From the NCBI RefSeq assembly GCF_004010195.1, contig NC_057719.1, forward strand, positions 11,036,507 through 11,100,506: a stretch of DNA of 64,000 bases. Reading direction: 5' to 3'. Below are positions 51,874 to 62,929 of the stretch, piece after piece (position 1 is the stretch's first letter; the number at the start of each line of letters is the position of its first letter). The stretch is from Chiloscyllium plagiosum (lineage: Eukaryota). Made by a program: the position numbers and the translations under genes. The notes below the pieces were generated by a model that searched no databases, was not told the origin of the DNA, and was given only the letters and a program-made list of their open reading frames with translations.

Positions 51874-52968
51874 AGAATTGAAGGAGGCTCAAAATGTGTT
51901 CCATTTCTGGATCACAGAGACCAATATGGGCTGCTTGGTCAGAATGGCCTGCTTGCTGAAATACAATGTCATTCTTCATAATTCTATCTCACAAAAAAAA
52001 TAATTTACTGGAGGTCTGAGGTCCTAACTGAAGCAGGCCCCACTATCCCAACTTGAAGATGCTTCGGGAACCAGAGGAAGAAAAATGTAAAATAAACCAT
52101 GAAGAAGAGGGAAGCTTGAACTGAAGCCAGGGCTTCACTCACTGCTCCAGAATGGCACACACCAGGGCCATACAGTGTCACAATTAATTAGCTTGTCAAT
52201 GTTTGGCAGCTGGATTAATATTAAAACATGTCGTGCAAAATAATTATCTACTGAAGCAAACTGAGAACAAGGCTGTATGTACTCTGCATCTGAGCGCGGT
52301 TAAAAATGATATCACAATATTATGATCCTTCTTAAAGGGGAAATTGCACTTATCTCTCCCAACAGCTGGAACAATTTTAAAGTTTCCCACTTGAGTCTGT
52401 CAACACTGCAACTCCACCAGACAAGGATTTGCATCATTCCAAAACTGAAGTTTTAGAAATAATTTAAAAAGAATTTTTTAACATGGACCAGATGCCCTTG
52501 ATTACCGTCAGGTTTGATGCGTATTACCAAATCTTCAGATTGTTGCAAGTTAAAAGCAAGAACGCATTTACTTACAAAGTTATAAGGGGCGGTATTAAAA
52601 AGCAGAAATCTATCCATTTGAATAATGAGAAAGAGGGAGAAAGAGAAAATGACATCAGGTAAGATTGAGGTAAAATCAACCATTATAGTAAATTTGCAGA
52701 GAGAGTTTAAGAACAGAGACTTGGTACTAACTACAGCAGGGACTTGAGTTGGATTGAGTACATGAGAGTCTAGGTGGTTCTTGCAACAAAAGAAGAAGTT
52801 ACATGAAGCTGGAGGGAATCCTATGAACAGCCTGATAAGCTGATGGCATTTATAAGGTTCAAGAAGCCAAACAAGTAAATTAGCTCTAGGCATATGGAAT
52901 GAGCTGCCAGCGGAAGTAGTTGAGGCAGGTATACGAACAACATTTAAAAGGTATTTAGACAAATATAT

Positions 52969-53873
52969 AGATAGAGTCATAGAGATGTACAGCATGGAAA
53001 CAGACCCTTCAGTCCAACCCGACCATGCCGACCAATCTAGTCCCACCAGCCAACACCTGGTCCATATCCCTCCAAACCCTTCCTATGCATATACCTATCT
53101 AGATGCCTCTTAAATGTTGCAATCATACTAGATTCCACCACTTCCTCTGGCAGCTCATTCCATGCACGTACCACCCTCTGCATGAAAAAGTTGCCCCTCA
53201 GGTTCTTTTATATCTTTTTCCTCTTACCTAAACCTATGCCCTCTAGTTCTGGACTCCCCCACCCCAGGGAAAAGACTTTGTCTATTTACCCTATCTATGC
53301 CCCTCATGATTTTATAAACTTCTAAAAGGTGACCCCTCAGCCTCCGATCCTCCAGGGAAAACAGCGCCAGCCTATTCAATCTCTCCTTGGGTTCAGGAAA
53401 GATTTACAAGGATGTTGCCAGGGTTAGAGGATTTGAGCTATAGGGAGAGGTTGAATAGGCTGGCTCTGTTTTCCCTGAAGCGTCGGAGGCTGAGGGGTGA
53501 CCTTATAGAGGTGTATAAAATCGCGAGGGGCATTCATAGGATAAATAGACAAAGTCTTTTCCCTGGGGTGGGGGAGTCCAGAACTAGAGGGATACGTTTA
53601 GGGTGAGAGGGGAAAGATATAAAAGAGACCCAAGAGGCAACTTTTTCACTCAGAGGGTGATATGTGTATGGAATGAGCTGCCAGAGAAATGGTGAAGGCT
53701 GGTACGATTGCAACATTTAAAAGGCATCTGGATGGGTATATTATTAGGAAGTGTTTGGAGGGATATGGGCCGGGTGCTGGCAGGTGGGAATAGATTAGGT
53801 TGGGATATCTGGTTGGCATGGACGAGTTGGACTAAAGGGTCTATTTCCGTGTTGTACATCTCTATGACTCTAT
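52969..53873. mobile_element. Two CR1 3' ends joined head-to-head (minus 52969-53388, plus 53389-53873)
   Basis: Both arms end in the same ATAGAGTCATAGAGATGTACA / TGTACATCTCTATGACTCTAT tail. Confidence 0.9.
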
Positions 53874-56627
53874 TATGAAGTGATTTGATAGGGTGGGTAT
53901 TCGGAGGATGTTTCCTCCGGTGGGGGAGGCTAGAACTTGGAAACACAGTTTAAGAGTAAGAGGCATCACTTTCAAAATGGGGATGAGGAAATTTTTTTCT
54001 CACTAAATTGTTTCTCTATGACTCTCTGAGGTCTCTGGAATTCTGTTTCACAGAAAGCTTTGGAAACTGGGTCATTGAATTTATTCAAGGCAGAGTTAGA
54101 TAGAGTTTTGATAGGCCAAGGGAATCAAGGGCTGTTGAGAATGGGTGGTTTAAGGGGCAGACAGGAAAGTGGGGTGAAAGCTAAAGGCAGATCATCCATG
54201 ATCTTACTCCATGCCAGAGCAGACTTGATGTCCTTAAGTTCAGCAGACAAAGACGGACTGATCTCCATCACGTTGGGAAGATGACATGGACTGGATGACC
54301 ATTTTGTGGAATATTTTCATTCAGTCCACAATCATGGTCCTGAATTTCTAGTTGTTTGTCATTTTAATTATTCACTTTACTCCCTAGCTAACATTTTCAC
54401 CCTCTGCTACATCATTCCAATGAACACCATCTTATTTTTCCACTCAACAGTCGCAACCTTCTGGACTCAACATTGGGAAAAACAGCTTCAGATCACAACG
54501 TCTACCTTGATCTTGCTTTGAGATTGCCTCTTACCTTTTTATTTTGCTTTGCTGAATTAGTCTCATTCTTTCTTCTTCCCTTTCATGTTGCGTGCAGACA
54601 GCTGCTATGTACCCTTCCCACCTCATCCAGACAGTTTTGTTTCTATATCAGATCCATTCACACCCCTTTGGGCTGTTGCATCACAAAATCTTTTGTTATT
54701 TAATCTCTCCTGCCCTCCACTCCATTACAGACCTTCTTTTGCCTACTTGAGTCCTGTGACCCTTCTTCAGGACTCAGTTCTCCAGACAGTGATTCTGTTT
54801 TCTCTCCACAGACTCGCTGAGCTTCTCCAGCAATTTCTGATTTTGCTTGTTTCAGATCTCTGCATTGCTTTTGTTTTATTCCTTTTTTTCCTACCTATCC
54901 CTTTGCCCCACCTTCTACTGGTTAAAACCTGCTCCATTCGATGTTTCTTCAGTTTTGATGAAAGTTCATTGATCTGAAATGTTAACACTGTTTCTCTTCA
55001 GAGATGCCTCCCTACCTGCTACCTATTTTAGCATGTTTTGTTTTTATTGTACTGGATATTAGTTCTGCTTCAAGTTTAAAAGGGATGCTATTATAGTTTC
55101 AGAATTGACTTCAACACCCATTGCTCAACTCTCGCGATATCATTGGACTCAATGCTGGCTTGAAATACGAAGGTTGATAACGGACAGCTTGTTTGAGATC
55201 ATTTATTGATCCTCACATGGGAAGGGTTCGTAGATGAATTCTTAAAGCAGAATTCAGTTTCAGGAACAATCTGAAAATTTGCTTTTGAAATTAAATGTTT
55301 AAAGCTGTATGGAGTGATAATAAATACAAATGACCCACAAACATTTTCAGCCATTGCTAACAGATATCATTGTCTAACAGTCTTCCCCCCTTTATCGTAT
55401 ATTCTACTGCCATGACACGTCTGTCTAGAAGGACAAGGGAAGCAGATACATGTGACCATCACCACTTGCAAGTTCCCCTCCAAGCCACTGACCATCCTGA
55501 CTTGGAAATATTTTGCCTATCTTTCACTGTCATTGTGTCAAAGTGCTTTGGGAATTCCCTCCCTAATGGCATTGTGGGGCTACCAATAGCACGGGGACTG
55601 CAGTGGTTCAAGAAGGCAGCTCACCACCATCTTCTCAAGGGCAACTAGAGCAGGCAGAACATGCTGGCTACCCAGGGATGCCCACATCCCACGAGTAAAT
55701 GTATTAAAAAAAACTTCTAACTGTTGCTAAATGAAGATGAAGCTTCCTACCTTGAACTCAGCAGGACTAAAATGCAAACATCTTGAAGGAACCAACAAGT
55801 TGTACAGCATATGGCTAATAGCCCAACCAAGCAGCATCCTCTTCTCACGTCAGTGTTAATCAATTGTTAATTAATTATTAATTGCTGTTCTTTATGCATC
55901 CAAAAATCATTATTTCACCATTGGCAGCTGTGTCTTAGCAGCTTGGATCCTAAGAATGTAGAACTCCTTCCTTAAGTCTCTCTGCCTCCATAGCTCTCTT
56001 GCCTCCTTTTAAATGCTATTTCATCCATGCTGATTCTCTTAGTCTGCCTGGGTGTCTGATTACTGCGCTGTTACTTGGGGCACTGCAATATGTTTCAGGT
56101 GCCATTTTAATGCAAAATACTGCTGTGGTCTAAAGAAAACTTCTGGATGCACTGGGAGCACATCAAAGGCTGGGTCTGTGACATTGAATCGTTTTTATGC
56201 TTTCAACACATGCACAGCCTAATCCCCTGACTGACCTATCTGAATTTTACATGCTTATGTCACCTGCTTGTTTTGCTGGCCCTGCTATTATTTTCTTCAG
56301 CTGCTCGAGGTGAAGCAGTGAGAGTATCTTCAGGTTGACTGAGAATCTCCTAATGGTCCAGCGCTGCGCAGCATCTCGGGACGGCTGATGCATCTGTAGA
56401 TTGTTGCTGGGGTAACACATCCAGCTCCTGGAAGTAGCATTTTTGCAGAACTGATATCATGCCTTGCGGCTTCTAATCACACATTACTGATACATTCAGG
56501 TCATCCAGGAGGGCGCTAATCCCTGTGAAAATGCTGTGTCTGAAAGTCACCAACTCTCATTTCAAAGTAAGGCAGGGTGGAGTGAGAGGTGGGGTGGTGG
56601 CCAGGGCCATGACATCAAAGTCAAAGT

Positions 56628-57052
56628 GTGGAGATGCTGGCATTGCACTAGGGTGGACAAATTCAGAAGTCCCACAACACCAGGTTATAGTAACAGGTTT
56701 ATTTGAAAGCTTTCAGAGGGCTGCTCCTTTATCCATTGAAGTCTCTCCTGAATCAGAAAGCTATCATGTTGCTATTTTGTGATGTTGCCACAGCTATCTG
56801 ACAAAGGAGCAGTGCTCTGAAAACTTGCAATTCCAATTAAGCTTGTGAGACTATATCCTGGTGTTGCATGATTTTTAACTTTGTGAAAGACAAAGGCAGT
56901 GGCAGCATCACAAAGTAGCTTTCTGACTGTGGAGAGCCTTCACTTGATGAAGGTGCTGCGCTCCGAAAGCTTGTGGTTTCAAACAAACCTGTTGGACTAT
57001 AAGCTGGTGTCCTGTGACTTCCGACTTTTGTCCACCCCACTGGCACCTCCAC
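56628..57052. mobile_element. Family-2 PLE termini in a fold-back arrangement with three hammerhead-like motifs
   Basis: Arms 56628-56795 and 56895-57052 are inverted copies. Motifs at 56798-56826 (+) and 56944-56972 (+), and an inverted remnant at ~56706-56733. Confidence 0.75.
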
Positions 57053-58684
57053 GTCACTGGTAAAAAGAGGAAAGAAGTTCTGCCGATGGAATATGTGCAG
57101 CTAGGTGCAGAACCAAAAAGGGCAATAATCTCTCAATACATGAACCACAAGCAAACTGACACAAGTTCAACAAGATTGAAGAGGGAAACACATGGCTGAA
57201 AGACTGGTGTGAGAGAAACAGGCTCGAATTCATGGGACATTGGCACCAATACTGGGGAAAGAGGGAGCTGTTCCAATGGGACATGCTTGGACCAGAGTCC
57301 TGGCAAAACAGTGGGGAGGTAGGTTCAGTTGCATGGAAAACTACGCAAAAAGTTAAAGGGGTCGGGGGAGAGCTTAGCAAAGATTATTGAAGCTTCCACG
57401 ACAGTAATAGGATTGAGCACATGGAAAGGGTTAGGAATCTAACTTTAGGCACAGCAGATAAGGGGACAACTATGAGAAGGGAGTAGTCAATGCAGTACTG
57501 ATGGTGTTGTACTTAAATTCATACAGAATGCAAAACAAGTTAAGTGAGCTAGTAGCGCAAATAGAAAATGGCAGGTACGATGTTGTGAGTATCATGCGAT
57601 GTGGCTGCAAGGGCAGCAGAGCTGGGGATGAAATATCCATAGACACACATCCTATCGAAAGGACAGACAGATGGGGTTGCCTTGTTAGTAAGAAATGAAA
57701 TTAAACTGATAGCAAGAAGTGATACAGAGTTGGAAGACTTAGAATCTGTGTGGGTAGAGTCGAGGAAGCACAGAAAGAAAAAAAACCCTGATGGGAATTA
57801 TGTACAGGCTTCCTAGCAGTAGCCAGGAGGTGAGACAGAAAATACATCAAGAGACAGTAAAGCATTATTACAATAATCATGGAGGACTTCAAATACAGGT
57901 GGACTAGGAAAATCAAATTGGTAGCGGATCTCCAGAAAAGAAAATTGTGTAATGTTCTACAAGATAGATTTTCTGGAGCAGCTTTGGGTAGAACCCACTA
58001 GGGAATAGGAAATTCTGGATTTGGTGATGTGTGATGAGGCAGACTTGATTAGGGAGCTTAAGGTGAAGGAACCCCAAGGGAGCAGTGACCATAGAATGAT
58101 AGAATGCACCCTGCAGTTTGAGCGGGAGAAGATTTAATCAGATCTAATGGTATTATAAATGAGTAAAGGTAACTACAAAGGCATGAGGAAGGAGTTGGCC
58201 AGAATTGAGTGAACAGAGAGTCTAACAGGGAAGGTAGTGGAGCAGCAATGGCAGGAGTTTCAGGGGCGTAATTCGGGAAGCACAGCAGAAATTCATCCCA
58301 AGGAAGAAGAAACATAATAAGGGGAGGATGAGGCAACCATGGCTGACAAGGGGGATCAGGGACAATAGAAAAGCAAAAGAAAAAGCATATAAAATGCTGT
58401 GGAGCAGTGGGAAATGAGAGGATAGGGAAGCCTTTAAGAACAAGCAGAGGATAACTAAAAAAGCAATTAGCCACGAGATGAGATTTGACGGTACGCTAGC
58501 TCGTAATACAAAAGCAAGAGTTTCTTTAGATATCTAAAGGTAAGAGAGAGGCAAGAGTGGACATTGGATCACTGGAAAATGAGGCTGAAGAAGTAGTAAT
58601 GGGAAACATGTTGGAGGAACAGGTACTTTGTATCAGTTTTCACAGTGAAAGACTCCCAGTAGCATATCAGAACTTCAAGAAAGT

Positions 58685-58810
58685 TCTGAAGAAGGGCTTA
58701 TGCCCGAAACGTCGATTCTCCTGTTCCCTGGATGCTGCCTGACCTGCTGCGCTTTTCCAGCAACACATTTCCAGCTCTGATCTCCAGCATCTGCAGACCT
58801 CACTTTCTCC
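58685..58810 (+). mobile_element. Short PLE 3'-terminal insertion into CR1 with 18-bp flanking duplication
   Basis: TCAGAACTTCAAGAAAGT at 58667-58684 and 58811-58828. Confidence 0.9.
58686..58713 (+). ncRNA. Minimal hammerhead ribozyme motif
   Basis: CUGAAGA-A-GGGC-UUAU-GCCC-GAAA-CGUC; core intact. Confidence 0.65.
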
Positions 58811-61049
58811 TCAGAACTTCAAGAAAGTCAGTCAAGGAAGTGAGTGCAGTGGTCATCACTAAAGAGAAGGTGCTGGGGAAGCTGAAAGGTCTGAAGGTGG
58901 ATAAATAACCTGGACCAGATGAACAATGCCCCAGGGTCTGAAAGAGATTGCTGAGGAGATTGTAGAGGCATTTATGGTGATCTTTTGGAATCGCTGGAGT
59001 CAGAGTGGGTCCCAAAGGATTGGAAAATGGTTAACGTAATACCCCTCTTCAAGATGGGAGGGAGGTAAAAGGCAGGAAAACCACAGGCCAATTAGCCTGA
59101 CCTCAGTCGATGCAAGGTTTTAGAGTCCATTTTAAGGGTGAGATTGCTAAGTACTTGGAAATGCATGGTGAAATGGGGCTAAGTCAGCATGGCTTTGTCA
59201 AGATGAGGTCATGCTTGACAAATCTGTTGGAATTCTTTGAGAAGCCAATGGGCGAGTTTGACAAAGGAGAGCCTATGGTGTCAGGGGCAAGATGCTGGCA
59301 TGGAGAGAGGATTGGCTGACTGGCAGACTACAGAGAATAAGGATAAAGGAGTCTTCAGAAGAACTTGGCAGGCTAGAAAAATGGACGAAGAAGTGACAGG
59401 TGGAATACAATGTGGGCAAGTGTGAGGTTCCTACCTTGGTGGGAAGAATAGAGATGTAAAATATTTTCCAAATGGGGAAAGGCTTCAGAAATCTGAAGCG
59501 CAAAGGGACTTGGGAGGTTAACATAAAGTTTCAGTTGGTAGCTAGGAAGAGAAATGCAATGTTAGCATTCACTTCAAGAGGGCCAGAATACAAGAGCAGA
59601 GATTGACTGCTGAGACTGTATAAAGCTCTGATCTGACCATATTTGGAATATTACGACCCTATATATAAGGATGGATGTACTGGCATTGCAGAGGGTCCAG
59701 AGGAGGTTTATAAGAGTGATCCCTGTAATGAAGGGCCTGTCATATGAAGAGCAATTGAAGACTCTGGGTCTGTCCTTGATGCGAATTTAGAAGGATGATG
59801 GGAGATCTGATTGAAAGTTACAGGATGCTGAGAGGCCTGGATAGAGTGGATATGGAGATGTTGTGTCCAGTAACAGGACAGACTAGGATCTGAGGGTACA
59901 GGATCTGAAGGAATGACTCTTTAGAACTGAGTTAAGTAGGTATTTCTTCAGCCAGAGTCTGGTTAATCTGTTAATATCATTGCTGCAGAAGGCTGTGAAA
60001 GTCAAGTTATTGAGTGTATTTAAGACAGAAATAGGTAAGTTTTTGATTAGTAAGAGAATCAAGGGTTACAGGGAGAAGTTGGAGAATGGGATTGAGAAAC
60101 ACAGCAACAATGAATGAATAACTGTTGTAACAGACTCAAGAGGCCAAATGGCTTAATTCTCCTATATCTTATGGTGAGCTCAGATGGCTAGATAGCTGGT
60201 TTGCAATGCAGAGTGATGGGTTCAGTTCCCTCACTGACTGAGGACCTTCTCAACCTCACCCTTCGCCTGAGGCATAGTGACCCTCAGGTTGAGCCAGCAG
60301 TCCTGTGGTCTATGGCATGTTTAGCACACTAACAGTGCAAATGGGAGTTCCAGGATATTGACCAAGTGAGAGTGAAGGAAAGACGATGTGGTTCGAAGTC
60401 AGGATGGTGTGTGGTTTGGACTGTAACTTGCAGGTGGTCATGCACCTGCTGCCCTAGGCCTTTTAACGGTCACAGTGTCAGATGGTGTCATTGAAGAGAG
60501 TCCTGGCGAGTTGGAACAGTGCATCATGTCGATCGTACACATTGCCATCACTATGCATCAGTGTTGAAGGGAGTAAATGTTGAAGGTTGCAGGCAGGATG
60601 TTTGGTCTGAAAGGTATCAAGCTTCATGGGTGTTCTTGGAGCTGCACTCATCCAGCCAAGTGGACAGAATTCCATCATATCCTGACCTGTGCTTATTAAT
60701 GGTGGACAGAAAGTGAACTAATTGTTACAGAATTTTGATCTTCTGACCTGGTCTTGCAGCCACAGTATTTATATAGCTGGTCCAGTTCAGTTTCAAGTCA
60801 ATGGTCACCCCCAGATCTTGATAGTGGAAGATTTGGTGATGATAATGCTTCTGAAAGTCAAGGGCGATGTTTAGTTTCTCTGGTGTTGGAGATAATCATT
60901 GACTGGCACTTACAATACCTGAATGGTACTTGCTACTTATTGGCCAAAACTGGATATTGTCCAGGACTTGCTGCATCTGGATACACATTCCTTCAGTACC
61001 TATGGAGTCACACCTGGTGCTGAACATTGTGTAAACATTGACTCACATC

Positions 61050-62003
61050 CTGGATCAGTACACTCTATGTGTAATTAAAAGGTGACTTGGTGATCAGATA
61101 CTGGCCTCTGTGCTGCCGAGGGAAAAGCATCCTCCTGAAGAAGTTTACTTGCAACAGTCATCTTTGAGTTGGGGTAAGCATTCCTGGCATCATTCCATAA
61201 TTTGGGAAACTTGACTTGTTTGATGCTGCCGTCGAAGACTGGGCCCAAATGCAACAAGATCTGATCTGTAGTGACTGCAACAAGATCAGCCATGTGGACT
61301 TCACAGAATGAGTTCACTACTTGGGCCAGATTAACAGCCCCAATCAGGGAGCCCTGGCTGACAGATAAGTACAGGAATGCAGGTCTGAAGGCCTCCTCGT
61401 GGGTTTGTTCCTGGGCCTGGCCAAACTGGCCAGCAACAGGTCCAGGCAGCGGGCCGTGGAGGGGGTCGTTAGGGCCGACTGCCTGCCCCTCTTCCGCGGT
61501 TACGTTAGAGCCTGGGTGTCCTTGGAGAAGGAGCACGCGGTGTCGACCAACGCGCTGGAGTTGTTCAGGGAGAGGTGGGCGCCGCAGGGAGTGGAGTGCA
61601 TTATTTCTCCCTCCAACTCTATTTTGATTTAGTCCCTACCCTCCCCTTCACTGTTTTGATCACACAGCACTGCCCTTTGATGTGAAGGGCAGTGTTTGTC
61701 ACTGGCCACCCAGGTGTTTTCCTATCTTCCTGGTGGTGGAATTTGAATAAAGATTTGTGCACTTTGTGTCTTTCACTGTTTAAATAAAAAGAAAAAAATA
61801 TATAAACAGGAGTCCAGCACTGCCCTTTGATGTGAAGGGCAGTGCTTGACATTGGCCACCCAAAAAAGAAAAAAAAAGTACAGGAATGCCAGACATCCTG
61901 TTCACTCTGACAGCTGGCTCTGATGGAGCTGGAGCATGGACTTTCCATGCGTAATTAAAGGATGACTTGGTGACGGGATACTAGCCTCTGTGGAGTTATT
62001 TCA
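61050..62003 (+). mobile_element. Internally deleted Gypsy element: partial 5' LTR (61050-61112), gag start remnant (~61191-61256), 3' LTR 61267-62003 interrupted by Tx1
   Basis: GTAATTAAA.G.TGACTTGGTGA...GATACT.GCCTCTGTG repeated at ~61071 and ~61951; P*FGKLDLFDAAVEDWAQ gag-like N-terminus; LTR TGTAG...TTTCA. Confidence 0.75.
61381..61875 (+). mobile_element. 5'-truncated Tx1-clade non-LTR retrotransposon with 14-bp TSD
   Basis: Open frame RSEGLLVGLFLGLAKLASNRSR...LFRGYVRAWVSLEKE...FRERW to TAG at 61632 (Tx1 ORF2 C-terminus), AATAAA, A-rich tail. TSD AAGTACAGGAATGC at 61367-61380 and 61876-61889. Confidence 0.85.
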
Positions 62004-62841
62004 TGGACAAAATCCAGACATGGGCTGACAAATTGTTAGTAACATTCATGTCACACAAGTGCCAGGCAATCACCATTTCCAACTCAAGGGAAACTAACCA
62101 CCACCCTTTGATTTTCATTGATATCTGTATCATTGAATCCCCCTCTATCAACATCCTCGGGGTTACTGGAGTGTGACAGAACTCTCCCCTCTTGCCTAGA
62201 TGGGTGCAGCTCCAACAAGAAGTTTGACACCATTCAGAACAAAGTAGCTCATTTGATTGGGACTACAACCACCACCTACGCTCAGTAGCAATAGCATGTA
62301 GTATCTATAAGATATACTGCAGAAATTCATGAAGGCTCCGAAGACATCACCTTCCAAATCTTTCTCGAAGGACAAGGGCAGCAGATACATGGAAACACCA
62401 GTACATACACATACCCCTCTAAGCAACACCATCTTGACTTGGAAATATATCGCCATTCCTTCAGTGTTGCTGGGCAAAATTCCTGGAACTCCCTTTCCAA
62501 TGGCATTGTGGGTCAAGAAGGCATTTCACCGCCACGTTCTGAAGGGCAGCTAGGATGGAAAATGAATGCTAGCCCAGCCAGCAACGCTCATGGCCCACCA
62601 GTGAATAAAAAAGAATAAATCAGCATTGTTCCAGAGTTGATTGAGGCGGTGCTCCCTGGACATTTTATTTAAGTGCAGGGCTCTTGTGGCACATTGGCAT
62701 TATCTGTCCTTCTGGGCCAGAAGGCCCAGGTTCAATCCCACGTGCTCCAGAGGTATGTCATAACACTTTCCTTAATGATTAATATAAGAAAGAAGAGCTG
62801 GGTTGTTCGGGGGAGAAGGGGAGGGAGGAAGAACACGAAGT

Positions 62842-62927
62842 TGAAACTTTATTGCTGGAACAGCACAGCAGGTCAGGCAGCATCCAGGGAACAGGAGATT
62901 CGACGTTTCGGGCACAGGCCCTTCTTC
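62842..62927 (-). mobile_element. Short PLE terminal insertion with 16-bp flanking duplication
   Basis: AGGAAGAACACGAAGT at 62826-62841 and 62928-62943. Confidence 0.85.
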
Positions 62928-62929
62928 AG
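62902..62929 (-). ncRNA. Minimal hammerhead ribozyme motif, on the ADCK1 sense strand
   Basis: Minus strand UUC-CUGAAGA-A-GGGC-CUGU-GCCC-GAAA-CGUC-GAA: intact core, 3-bp helix I, ACGU palindromic helix III. Confidence 0.7.

Larger units (their letters stand above)
57080..60172 (+). mobile_element. Near-full-length degenerate CR1 LINE (ORF1 esterase-like remnant, APE, RT, 3' UTR)
   Basis: WLKDWCERNRLEFMGHWHQYWG (ORF1), LYLNSYRMQNKLSEL...YDVV (APE start), SQHGFVKMRSCLTNLLEFFE (RT). Many stops and frameshifts. Confidence 0.88.

Noticed and set aside
52453..53046. 197-aa minus-strand ORF
   Set aside because: It starts in CR1 tail sequence, has no recognisable domain and looks like a chance open frame.
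56502..56520. CTCF-like motif CCAGGAGGGCGCTA
   Set aside because: Only a partial match to the consensus, with no independent support.
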